A stretch of 64,000 nt of DNA from Chloroflexota bacterium (GTDB lineage: Bacteria; Chloroflexota; Dehalococcoidia; Lucifugimonadales; JADFKI01): positions 81,609-145,608 of the forward strand of contig JAQBUT010000004.1 in NCBI GenBank assembly GCA_027623195.1, written 5' to 3'. Positions 10,044-18,482 of this stretch are shown piece by piece. Numbering within the stretch: the stretch's first letter is position 1; each line of letters starts with the position of its first letter. A program made the position numbers and the translations under genes. The notes beneath the pieces are model-generated. The model did no database searches. It saw only the letters and a list, made by a program, of their open reading frames with translations, and was not told the origin of the DNA.

Positions 10044-11234
10044 TCAGTCACGGAAACCTTCCACAGTGTGAGCCTTAAGAAAGTCTTCGTCCAGGTTCAT
10101 ACCAAGGCCTGGCCTATCAGACACGTACAGATCGCCGCTACGGATATCCAAAGGGACATCCATAAACTTGTCGTAACCACTCAGGTCGTATCGAATTGTC
10201 TCCAGTTTGTAGAAGTTCGGCACGGTCATCATCACCTGCGCTCCGGCCATGATATTGATTGGCCCGCTGGCGTCGTGCGGAGACACAGGTATGTAATAAG
10301 CCTCGGCCATGGTCGATATCTTCTTCAGCTCGCTGATGCCGCCGGTCCAGGTAACGTCCGGCATGATGTAGTCGGCCAGGTTGTTCTCGAAAATAGGCAC
10401 GAACTCGAACCGTGTATGCAGTCGCTCGCCCACGCTAATTCTGCAGGAAATTTTTTCACGCACCTGCTTCAGGGCCGAGTAGCTCTCCACCGGAACAGGC
10501 TCCTCGAACCAGTGGATGTTAAAAGGCTCCAGCGCGTTGGCCAGCTGAATAGCAGTAGGCACGTTGTACCGACCATGAGCGTCGATAAGCACCTCTATTT
10601 GCGGGCCAACGGCCTCACGTACGGCAGCGGTAATGTCCACAGCCTCAGCCAGCCCTTGCGGACTGAGTTCGCCATCCATGAAGCTGATGTTGCCGTCCTT
10701 CAGACCGCCGTGCAGCGAGTGCATCATGGGGTCCATCTTGAGGCCGCGGTGGCCTGAGGCTACGATCTCTTTCGCGTCTGCCACCGCTTCCTCAGGCGTG
10801 TTGGGCTCAGGCGGATGGGTGTACAGCGCGATGCGGTCTCGAACGGGACCGCCCAGCAACGCGTATATGGGTTTGCCGAGGCTCTTGCCCAGGATGTCCC
10901 ACAACGCAATGTCGATTCCGCTTATGGCCGCTGTCGTTGCGCCACGAGTGCCGGTGTAGGTGAACAGCCGGAAGGTCCGCTGCCATATGTACTCGATGGC
11001 CCTGGGGTCCTGTCCCACCAGGAACTGCTTCAGCTCCTGTATGTACCGACCCACCGCTCGGTTGCCCACAAAGCCAGGATAGTTGGTGACCTCTCCCCAG
11101 CCGGATATACCCTCGTCGGTCTCCACTTTAACGAAGATGAACTGTCGCCTGGTGGGTAGCCTTGGCCGGTCACCGCCAGGCCTGTCGTCCCAATCGGTCT
11201 CGATAACATACGTCTTGACGTCGGTTATTTTCAT
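10044..11234 (-). CDS. enolase-superfamily enzyme (mandelate racemase/muconate lactonizing, galactonate-dehydratase-like)
   Basis: The N-terminus (MKITDVKTY) and overall pattern are typical of MR/MLE dehydratases. I chose the start at 11234 (AGGA RBS) over the longer 11288 option. Confidence 0.8.
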   Translation of the reverse strand: MKITDVKTYVIETDWDDRPGGDRPRLPTRRQFIFVKVETDEGISGWGEVTNYPGFVGNRAVGRYIQELKQFLVGQDPRAIEYIWQRTFRLFTYTGTRGATTAAISGIDIALWDILGKSLGKPIYALLGGPVRDRIALYTHPPEPNTPEEAVADAKEIVASGHRGLKMDPMMHSLHGGLKDGNISFMDGELSPQGLAEAVDITAAVREAVGPQIEVLIDAHGRYNVPTAIQLANALEPFNIHWFEEPVPVESYSALKQVREKISCRISVGERLHTRFEFVPIFENNLADYIMPDVTWTGGISELKKISTMAEAYYIPVSPHDASGPINIMAGAQVMMTVPNFYKLETIRYDLSGYDKFMDVPLDIRSGDLYVSDRPGLGMNLDEDFLKAHTVEGFRD

Positions 11235-11466
11235 GTTTTTCCTATCCTCAAAGCCTGTTTCATTGTTGGCGTTCCCGGTTGCCTGCATCGTTCATCTTTT
11301 CTTGGAGCATAATGCATGCTCGGGCCAGTCGTTCGACAAGTCCCCACTCTGTCGAGGATGCTCGATTGAATCGGCACTCACCACAGCCTTAAATTCTAAG
11401 AAGTGTTCGCCTTGAATTCATCCAAAGGCAGCACACTCAAAATCTTGCCAGCGCAGGGGAAGTGCG

Positions 11467-12747
11467 CTACGTAATATTCCAGCGCGGATGCGCCGCCGCC
11501 TCTTTCTGCATGCGCTCCGGAAGCCAACCCCTTACAGCAGGGTCCACGTAAAAGGTCGGATGAAGCAGTTCGTCATCGTTCTCTATCATTCCCTCATCCC
11601 TTGCCCTGCGCGAAAGCGTTGTGTACGGCAGCAAGCGGTTACCTATTCTCAAAGTAACGAAAGCCGGCTGGGTCTCCCGAAGGAAGTCCAGCTTCTCGTT
11701 TACCGTATCCTCTGTCTCGCCCGGCAACCCAAACGCAATGTTCATCGTGTGCGGCAGGTCTACCGACTTGCATGTGGCAGACGTATCCCGAAGCTGATTT
11801 AGACGTGACGTGAGGTCCTCTGCGGTAGCGCTGCCCTCATTGAGCAGCGCCAAGGAGCACCCGGCCCTCTTCATCAAATCAGCCGTTTCGCCATCGAAGT
11901 CCACAGGATGAATACCTGAGTTCCACCGGATTCCTATACTCGCGTCTATGATGGCCTGACACAACTCTTTTGCGTGATCCATTGGCACATTGAAACCGGA
12001 TGATATGAAGAAGAATTTGCGTATACCGAATTCGGCCTGAATATCCTTCACTTCACTCACAACCTCGGCTACGTCCTTGATGCGCCACTGGTCGCTGTCG
12101 GACTGGGACGATTTCCCTTCGGTGGGGTAATAGGCCTGGGCAAGCTTGGTTATCACCCCTACGCCGAACCCGGAACCGTCATATTTCTTCATGTCCAAAA
12201 GATCAAGCCGGGGCTTACTTTGATAGTTGGATGAAAAACTACCTTCACTAATTACCGTTTTACCGCCTTCTCGATGGACCAGTCCAGGAATGGCCTTGTA
12301 GTCCGAACCCGTGTCCAACTTGTCAAGCAACTGCGAGAACGCCTGCCCGGCGTCGCCTACAACTCCAAAGTCGGCTCCCACATATTCCAGGCACGGGGCG
12401 GGCAGAATGCTGAATGCCGGGCCACCGCAAACCGTGGTGGCACTACCAGCCGAACTTATGCGATCGATTGTCTCCTTCACCGCCGGTAAGTTGGACACCG
12501 GGTTGAAGTAGCTCTGGTTGTCCAGGTTGCGTAGGGACAGGCCCACAACTTCGGGCTGGAACTCTCTAACCGTCGCCTCTACATCGGCGGCCCCATCCTC
12601 AGAAAACATAAGGTCCAGCACCCGCATCTCGTGGCGCGATTCGTCCACACTCGCAGCCAGATATGCCAGACCAATGGGTACAGGGCGCACGACCATCCTG
12701 TCCATAAACCTATTCGTCTGATTGGTGGCAACTAACAAAACTCGCAT
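11467..12747 (-). CDS. B12-binding-domain/radical-SAM-like protein lacking the CxxxCxxC motif
   Basis: It has an N-terminal B12-binding-like Rossmann domain (MRVLLVATN...VGLSLRN) and a C-terminal TIM-barrel-like region (FGLPGET). No Cys triad occurs anywhere. The start at 12747 has a GAGAGGA RBS. Confidence 0.6.
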   Translation of the reverse strand: MRVLLVATNQTNRFMDRMVVRPVPIGLAYLAASVDESRHEMRVLDLMFSEDGAADVEATVREFQPEVVGLSLRNLDNQSYFNPVSNLPAVKETIDRISSAGSATTVCGGPAFSILPAPCLEYVGADFGVVGDAGQAFSQLLDKLDTGSDYKAIPGLVHREGGKTVISEGSFSSNYQSKPRLDLLDMKKYDGSGFGVGVITKLAQAYYPTEGKSSQSDSDQWRIKDVAEVVSEVKDIQAEFGIRKFFFISSGFNVPMDHAKELCQAIIDASIGIRWNSGIHPVDFDGETADLMKRAGCSLALLNEGSATAEDLTSRLNQLRDTSATCKSVDLPHTMNIAFGLPGETEDTVNEKLDFLRETQPAFVTLRIGNRLLPYTTLSRRARDEGMIENDDELLHPTFYVDPAVRGWLPERMQKEAAAHPRWNIT

Positions 12748-12928
12748 TGAGACTCCTCTCGAATCGCCGCTAATCACGACGGAGGATATCATAATTTTGT
12801 TGAGGATTCACCGTGCCGCTCACGCCTTGATAGACGGTTACAAGCGACATGTTGTACGAGGCTTTACCATGCAATACAATAGCGCCGATTCGTCCTGCGG
12901 ATAAACGGAATTATGAGAGGATCATACC

Positions 12929-13645
12929 ATGAGAGTAAACAACGTTATTACGAAAATGCAGGCTGGCGAAAGGGCGCTCGGATGCAACTTTTCGTTCCCG
13001 TCAACAACGCTGATTGAATTGGCCTCCATGGCCGGATTCGATTTCGTCACGTTCGACAGCGAGCATGGCCCTTTCACGGTGGATATTCTGGACGACCTCT
13101 GTCGGCTCTCCTCTGCTCTGGGTTTGACGCCTATGGCAAGGGTGCCCAACATAGAGGACTCAACTATCCTTCGATTCCTGGACCGGGGTATTATGGGCAT
13201 TACAGGGCCGCACATCATAAACGGCGACCGAGCGAGGCAACTGGCAGGCGCCTGCCGATACGTGCCCAGGGGCAAGCGCAGCTTCGGATCGGGTCGTGGC
13301 GCGTATTACGGCGATTTTGAGTCAGGCCCAGCTTACATGGAGCATACCAACAACAACATCCTCGTCATTGCCCAGTTGGAGGATGCGGAAGTCCTCAACA
13401 ATATCGACGACATCTTGTCTGTGCAAGGCATCGACCTCTTTACGTCAGGGGCTCAGGACATCGCCCAGTCGATGGGATTGCAGGGGCAACCCAATCATCC
13501 CGACGTGCAAGCTTTTGAGGCCAAAGTAAAAGACCTCGTCCACGCTGCGGGCCGAAAGATGGCCGAAGACGTTATGGCGTCAGTCCGCGCCGCGAACCTG
13601 TTCCTGGACGGGTGCAAAGGCTACCTGGCCCAAAACCGACCCTGA
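12929..13645 (+). CDS. HpcH/HpaI family aldolase (2-keto-3-deoxy-acid aldolase-like)
   Basis: The 238-aa product has the sequence pattern of HpcH/HpaI class II aldolases and a GAGAGGA RBS. Confidence 0.75.
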   Translation: MRVNNVITKMQAGERALGCNFSFPSTTLIELASMAGFDFVTFDSEHGPFTVDILDDLCRLSSALGLTPMARVPNIEDSTILRFLDRGIMGITGPHIINGDRARQLAGACRYVPRGKRSFGSGRGAYYGDFESGPAYMEHTNNNILVIAQLEDAEVLNNIDDILSVQGIDLFTSGAQDIAQSMGLQGQPNHPDVQAFEAKVKDLVHAAGRKMAEDVMASVRAANLFLDGCKGYLAQNRP

Positions 13646-13715
13646 TCTCTAAGGCCAGTCTAAGTCGTCGCATTAGAGCAACTGACGTAACAGTTTGTGA
13701 TATAAGTCTGAGATT

Positions 13716-13795
13716 TGCCCCCATCCTAACCTTCCCCCGCGGCGGAGGAACGGACACAAATCCTCGCCCTGAGGGAGAGGATTGAGGTGAGGGGG
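13716..13795. repeat. C-rich/G-rich imperfect inverted repeat, REP-like intergenic element
   Basis: The segment CCCCCATCCTAACCTTCCCCC ... TCCTCGCCCTGAGGGAGAGGATTGAGGTGAGGGGG resembles widespread intergenic palindromic elements. There is only one copy in this window. Confidence 0.3.
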
Positions 13796-13846
13796 AAACG
13801 CTGCGCCAACAACAAAGTATCGGAAACGTCGAAAGGACGAAAAATG

Positions 13847-15823
13847 CGAAGCCAGGTCCGTCTAAATATTCAATCTCCAAAACCTTTTGCCGATGGGATG
13901 GCCTTTGGCGACGTTGGGCCTTACGAGGCCATTGAGGGCAGCGTAGACTTCGCAATCGATCCAAACGACCTGGCCAACGCCGGCATCGTCGACCTGAAGC
14001 AGGCGCCTCGAAACGCGGAAGGCCTGGTGGAGTATTCGACTGAGTTTTACATTCTTCGGCCCGTCGACCTGGAACGTGGTAACGGCCGACTAATCTACGA
14101 CGTGAACAATCGCGGCAACAAGCGCATCCTGCAGTTCTTCAACGACGGAGTTCACAGCAACACGCCCATCACCGCAGAGAACGCGGGCAATGGATTTCTC
14201 ATGAGGCGAGGCTACTCCATAGTGTGGTCGGGCTGGCAGGGAGATGTCCTTCCGATTGACAGCCAACTCTCCATGCGGCTACCCGTGGCCACGAATAACG
14301 GCGTCTCCATCACAGGCGATGTACGCACCGAGTTCATCATAGAAACTCAAGGCGTCCAGTGCAGGCCATTGTCGGCAGCCGATTACGCGGACAGCTATCA
14401 GGCTGCCAACACGGACACTACCCTGGCAACCTTCACGATGCGGGAGTACCCGTACGACGAGAAGATCGTCATACCGTCGGACCAGTGGAGCTTCTCTCAG
14501 CTGGGCACAGACGGTAAGCTCACGGAATCCGCCAAGCATGTGTACCTGGCGAACGGCTTCCGACCCGGCTGGATTTACGACCTCATCTACACTGCCAAAG
14601 ACCCCAAAGTCATGGGGCTGGGACTATCGGGCCTCCGAGACCTCACCTCTTTCCTGATGCACGACGGGCAGGACGAAAACGGCGTGCCCAATCCATTGAG
14701 GCAAGGGGAGACGGGAATGGATAAGGCCTACGCCTGGGGCCGTTCCCAAAGTGGCCGGTTCTTGCGGGAGTTCGTGTACAGGGGCTTCAATCAGGCTTGC
14801 GATGGCAGCAGGGTTTTCGACGCCATGTCGCCGCACGTAGCTGGGGGTGGACGCATCGTGCTGAATTACCGCTTCGCTCAACCGGACCGATTCCCACGAC
14901 AGCATTTCCATCACACCTACCCGTGCGACCAGTTCCCCTTCTCATACGCGGAGTCTACGGACGCTCTCACCGGCGAGACCGACGCCATTCTCAAGAGGCC
15001 AGAGACCGACCCGCTGATTATTCACACGCAGACCTCGGCGGAGTACTGGGAGCGACGAGCCTCGCTGTCCCACACTGATTCGCTGGGCAACGACCTGCCG
15101 CAGCCCGAAAACGTACGCATATTTTGCTTTGCTGGCTCGCAGCACAGCGCCGACCCGCTTGCCAAGGGACCGTCCCAGGGCAATCACCAGTACCCGTCCA
15201 ATCCGCTGAACACGTCTCCCCTGCTCCGGGCGCTTCTGGACGCTCTCGACGCCTGGGCGACAGACGGCACGACTCCACCAGATAGCCGTGTTCCGAGTCG
15301 GTCCAACGAAACGGCCGTCCCAGCAGATGTGGCCAAAGCTAATTTCCCGAACGTTCCGGGGGTAACCCATCCAGTAAACGCCAACCGTCTGTTCGCACAA
15401 GACCACGGGCCGGACTTCAACAAGGGCATCATTGCTGAGCCGCCAAGGGAGGACGTTAGCAAGGAGTACCAGATTCTAGTGCCTCAGGTGGACGCCGACG
15501 GCAACGAGCTTCCGGGCATACGCACACCGCAAATCCAGGTGCCTTTGGCCACGTACACCGGCTGGAATTATCGTCCTGTGGGCTCCGCAGAGAAAAGCCT
15601 GGCCGGACTCGTCGGCAGCTACCTCCCATTCGCTCGCACCAAGGCGGAACGCGACGAGACAGGAGACCACCGGCCCTCGTTAGAAGAGCGTTACGGCTCT
15701 AAGGAAACCTACGTGAAGGCCATCGAAAAGGCAGCGCAGAGCCTAGTCCAGCAGCGGCTCCTCCTCCAAGAGGACGCCGAAAGGTACGTGGCGTTGGCCA
15801 GGGCGCAAACCGTATTTGATTAA
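13847..15823 (+). CDS. large conserved hypothetical protein, possible alpha/beta-hydrolase-like
   Basis: The product is 658 aa from the ATG at 13847 (AAGGA RBS). It has a G-R-S-Q-S nucleophile-elbow-like motif. The longer 13787 start would run through the repeat element. Confidence 0.55.
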   Translation, partial: RSQVRLNIQSPKPFADGMAFGDVGPYEAIEGSVDFAIDPNDLANAGIVDLKQAPRNAEGLVEYSTEFYILRPVDLERGNGRLIYDVNNRGNKRILQFFNDGVHSNTPITAENAGNGFLMRRGYSIVWSGWQGDVLPIDSQLSMRLPVATNNGVSITGDVRTEFIIETQGVQCRPLSAADYADSYQAANTDTTLATFTMREYPYDEKIVIPSDQWSFSQLGTDGKLTESAKHVYLANGFRPGWIYDLIYTAKDPKVMGLGLSGLRDLTSFLMHDGQDENGVPNPLRQGETGMDKAYAWGRSQSGRFLREFVYRGFNQACDGSRVFDAMSPHVAGGGRIVLNYRFAQPDRFPRQHFHHTYPCDQFPFSYAESTDALTGETDAILKRPETDPLIIHTQTSAEYWERRASLSHTDSLGNDLPQPENVRIFCFAGSQHSADPLAKGPSQGNHQYPSNPLNTSPLLRALLDALDAWATDGTTPPDSRVPSRSNETAVPADVAKANFPNVPGVTHPVNANRLFAQDHGPDFNKGIIAEPPREDVSKEYQILVPQVDADGNELPGIRTPQIQVPLATYTGWNYRPVGSAEKSLAGLVGSYLPFARTKAERDETGDHRPSLEERYGSKETYVKAIEKAAQSLVQQRLLLQEDAERYVALARAQTVFD

Positions 15824-15856
15824 TTATTAAGGCAGCCGAATATTCGGAGGAATAAC

Positions 15857-16612
15857 ATGAGACTAGAGGGCAAAGTTGCGTTCATTAGTGGCGGGGCCAG
15901 GGGCATGGGAGCGGCTGAGGCTAAGCTATTCGCGAAGGAGGGTGCCAGCGTTGTCGTAGGCGACCTGCTGGACGAAGAAGGCAAGAAGCTGGAAGCGGAA
16001 ATCAACGAGACTGGCGGACAATGCCTGTTTCTTCACCTAGACGTCACTAGCGAAGCCAACTGGAACGAGGCCGTGGCAGCCACAGTCCGACAGTTCGGCA
16101 AGCTGGACATCATGGTGAACAACGCCGGAATAGGCGGGACCGGCAGCAAGGTCGAGGACACCACTGTCGAGGAGTGGGACGAGACCATGAACATTAACGC
16201 CAAAGGTGTGTTCTTCGGCACCAAAGTTGCCATAGCCGAGATGCAGAAGACCGGAGGCGGGTCCATTATCAACATATCTTCACAGCTAGGCCTGGTTGGC
16301 ACCGACATCAGCAGTCCGCAGTATCAGGCATCCAAGGGCGCGGTGAGGATATTCACCAAGGCGGCAGCAATCCAGTACGCCGCAGACGGTATCCGAGTCA
16401 ACTCAGTTCACCCCGGACCCATCGTCACCGCTATGACGGAGCAACGCCGGTCTGAGCCGGAAAACTTCGCGCTGATGACCTCACGCATCCCCATGGGTCG
16501 GTTCGGACGACCGGAAGAGGTCGCCAACGGAGCCCTGTACCTGGCGTCCGACGAGTCCTCATACGTCACCGGGAGCGAACTGGTCATCGACGGCGGGTGG
16601 ACAGCGCAGTAG
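15857..16612 (+). CDS. SDR family oxidoreductase
   Basis: It has the TGGARGMG cofactor motif, an NNAG motif and the YxxxK catalytic motif (YQASK). Confidence 0.85.
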   Translation: MRLEGKVAFISGGARGMGAAEAKLFAKEGASVVVGDLLDEEGKKLEAEINETGGQCLFLHLDVTSEANWNEAVAATVRQFGKLDIMVNNAGIGGTGSKVEDTTVEEWDETMNINAKGVFFGTKVAIAEMQKTGGGSIINISSQLGLVGTDISSPQYQASKGAVRIFTKAAAIQYAADGIRVNSVHPGPIVTAMTEQRRSEPENFALMTSRIPMGRFGRPEEVANGALYLASDESSYVTGSELVIDGGWTAQ

Positions 16613-16663
16613 GACGCGGAGCTTTCAGCCGGCAGCGATCGGCAACAAGGCTTATGCATAGAT

Positions 16664-17023
16664 ATGAGAGATTTCAAAACCTTAAAGGTATGGGAACGGA
16701 GCCATCAATTGACTCTGCCCGTCTATCAGGCAAGTGGCGGCTTTCCTAGGGAGGAAATTTATGGTTTGACCAGCCAGATGCGAAGAGCCTCAGCATCGAT
16801 TGCGGCAAACATCGCAGAAGGTTGCGGCAGAGGCAGTGAAGCCGATTTCGCCAGGTTTTTGCAGATGGCAGCGGGTTCAGCCAGCGAGTTGGAATATCAC
16901 GCGATCCTAGTGCGTGACCTCAAATTCCTCGACGGCCCAATATATGAAAACATCAACCAAGAGGTTACTCAAATTAAACGAACGCTTACCGCATTCATAA
17001 AAACGCTGAAAGCTGATGGCTAA
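16664..17023 (+). CDS. four-helix-bundle protein (23S rRNA intervening-sequence protein / Avd-like family)
   Basis: The pattern LKVWERSHQL...YGLTSQMRRASASIAANIAEGCGR...FLQMAAGSASELEYH is typical of this family. GC is lower than in the flanks. Confidence 0.8.
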   Translation: MRDFKTLKVWERSHQLTLPVYQASGGFPREEIYGLTSQMRRASASIAANIAEGCGRGSEADFARFLQMAAGSASELEYHAILVRDLKFLDGPIYENINQEVTQIKRTLTAFIKTLKADG

Positions 17024-17045
17024 CGGCTAATAGCTAATTTCTAAT
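17004..17045 (+). repeat. six tandem heptamers (consensus RGCTRAT)
   Basis: The units CGCTGAA AGCTGAT GGCTAAC GGCTAAT AGCTAAT TTCTAAT span the stop codon of the four-helix-bundle gene and end just before the next gene's RBS. Confidence 0.5.
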
Positions 17046-17057
17046 CCGGAGGATTGA

Positions 17058-18209
17058 ATGAAAATAACCGACATCAAAACTTATTTGGCACACCCTGGCA
17101 GAGGCAAGAACCTCTGCTTTGTGAAAATCGAAACGGATGAGGGCATCCACGGCTGGGGCGAGTGCTACACGCAGGCCGACCGCGATATACAGATCACAGC
17201 GCACGTCGACCAGCTAAAGCGCTACCTCATCGGGCGCGACCCCACGAACATCAAGCACTTTACACAGATGGTGTACGACGACTTCGCAGGCAGACGCGGG
17301 TCGATGGACTTGTATTGCGCCGTCAGCGGGCTGGACCACGCCATGCACGACGTTACCGGCAAGATGCTGGGAGTCCCGGTGCACAAGCTCATTGGCGGGG
17401 CCTGCCGAGACAAGATTCGTGTCTACGCCAACGGCTGGTCGGAGGGCGCCAAGACGCCTGAGGCCTTGGCGGAGAAGGCTCAGCAGGTGGTGGAGATGGG
17501 CTTCAACGCAATGAAGTTCGACCCCATCCCTGGTCCGTGGCGCACCTTCATCAACAAAGACGTGGAGCGCGCCGCCGTAAATAACGTCCGCGCGGTGCGG
17601 CAGGCGGTCGGCCCCGATGTGGACATCCTCATAGAGATGCACCGCAGGCTTGCTCCTATGCACGCCATCAAAATCGCGCGCGAGATCGAGCAGTACGAGC
17701 CCTTCTGGTACGAGGAGCCGGTGTTAGCAGAGAACATCGACGCACTGGCAGCAGCCAAACGACAAATCAACATACCGGTGGTCACCGGTGAAGAGTTGTA
17801 CACCAAGTTCGAGTTCCGCGAGGTCTTCGAGAAGCAGGCGGCCGACATCATCAACCCGGACGTCTGCAACGTGGGAGGCATTCTGGAGCTTAAGGAGATC
17901 GGCGCAATGGCCGAGCCCTACTTCGTGGTGGTCTCCCCCCACAACTACAACAGCACAACTATAGGTCTGGCGGCGACTCTGCACGTATCGGCAGCCATGC
18001 CCAACTTCCTTATCACCGAGTACTTCGTGAGCCTGGAGGAGTTCGGCAAGCAAGTGGGTAATCCGCCGTTCCAGGTGGAGAATGGCTACATCAAATTGCC
18101 TACAACCCCTGGCCTAGGCATCGATCTAGACGAAGAGGCTCTGCTGAAATTCCCATACCAGCCATTCGCACCACGCTCGCCTCGCCAATACTATGAAGAG
18201 GGGCCGTAA
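17058..18209 (+). CDS. enolase-superfamily enzyme (galactonate-dehydratase-like), paralog of 10044-11234
   Basis: The N-terminus is MKITDIKTY and the sequence follows the MR/MLE pattern. It has a GGAGG RBS. Confidence 0.8.
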   Translation: MKITDIKTYLAHPGRGKNLCFVKIETDEGIHGWGECYTQADRDIQITAHVDQLKRYLIGRDPTNIKHFTQMVYDDFAGRRGSMDLYCAVSGLDHAMHDVTGKMLGVPVHKLIGGACRDKIRVYANGWSEGAKTPEALAEKAQQVVEMGFNAMKFDPIPGPWRTFINKDVERAAVNNVRAVRQAVGPDVDILIEMHRRLAPMHAIKIAREIEQYEPFWYEEPVLAENIDALAAAKRQINIPVVTGEELYTKFEFREVFEKQAADIINPDVCNVGGILELKEIGAMAEPYFVVVSPHNYNSTTIGLAATLHVSAAMPNFLITEYFVSLEEFGKQVGNPPFQVENGYIKLPTTPGLGIDLDEEALLKFPYQPFAPRSPRQYYEEGP

Positions 18210-18245
18210 GATTTCTTTGACCGTCGATATTCAGGAGACGAAATT

Positions 18246-18449
18246 ATGAATGAAAAGACTGGCCTCTCATCGGAAGAATTTGCCACGCTGGTTCGACGTG
18301 CGGGCATGACCATGAATGAGGCCGAGCTAGAACACCTGAAACCCATGTACGAGCATTTCGCGGACTCGGTTCAGCAGATGCACCTGCTGGACCTCGGCAT
18401 GGAGGACCTGGCGGTGACGTACATACCGAACTGGGAACCACTGGTTTAG
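18246..18449 (+). CDS. small GatC/AtzG-like protein, probable partner of the downstream amidase
   Basis: The 67-aa helical acidic protein ends 33 nt upstream of an amidase-signature gene, mirroring the AtzG-AtzE / GatC-GatA arrangement. Confidence 0.5.
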   Translation: MNEKTGLSSEEFATLVRRAGMTMNEAELEHLKPMYEHFADSVQQMHLLDLGMEDLAVTYIPNWEPLV

Positions 18450-18482
18450 CCGAAGGCTCATCAACAAGAAAAGGGAAAAGCC

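Noticed and set aside
10068-10757. A 229-aa plus-strand ORF antisense to the enolase-superfamily gene.
   Set aside because: This is a shadow ORF of a well-supported gene. Its composition is biased toward His, Arg and Val, and it has no RBS.
13787-13846. The upstream GTG start of the 678-aa ORF.
   Set aside because: That extension is encoded by the G-rich arm of the REP-like element. The ATG at 13847 has an AAGGA RBS.
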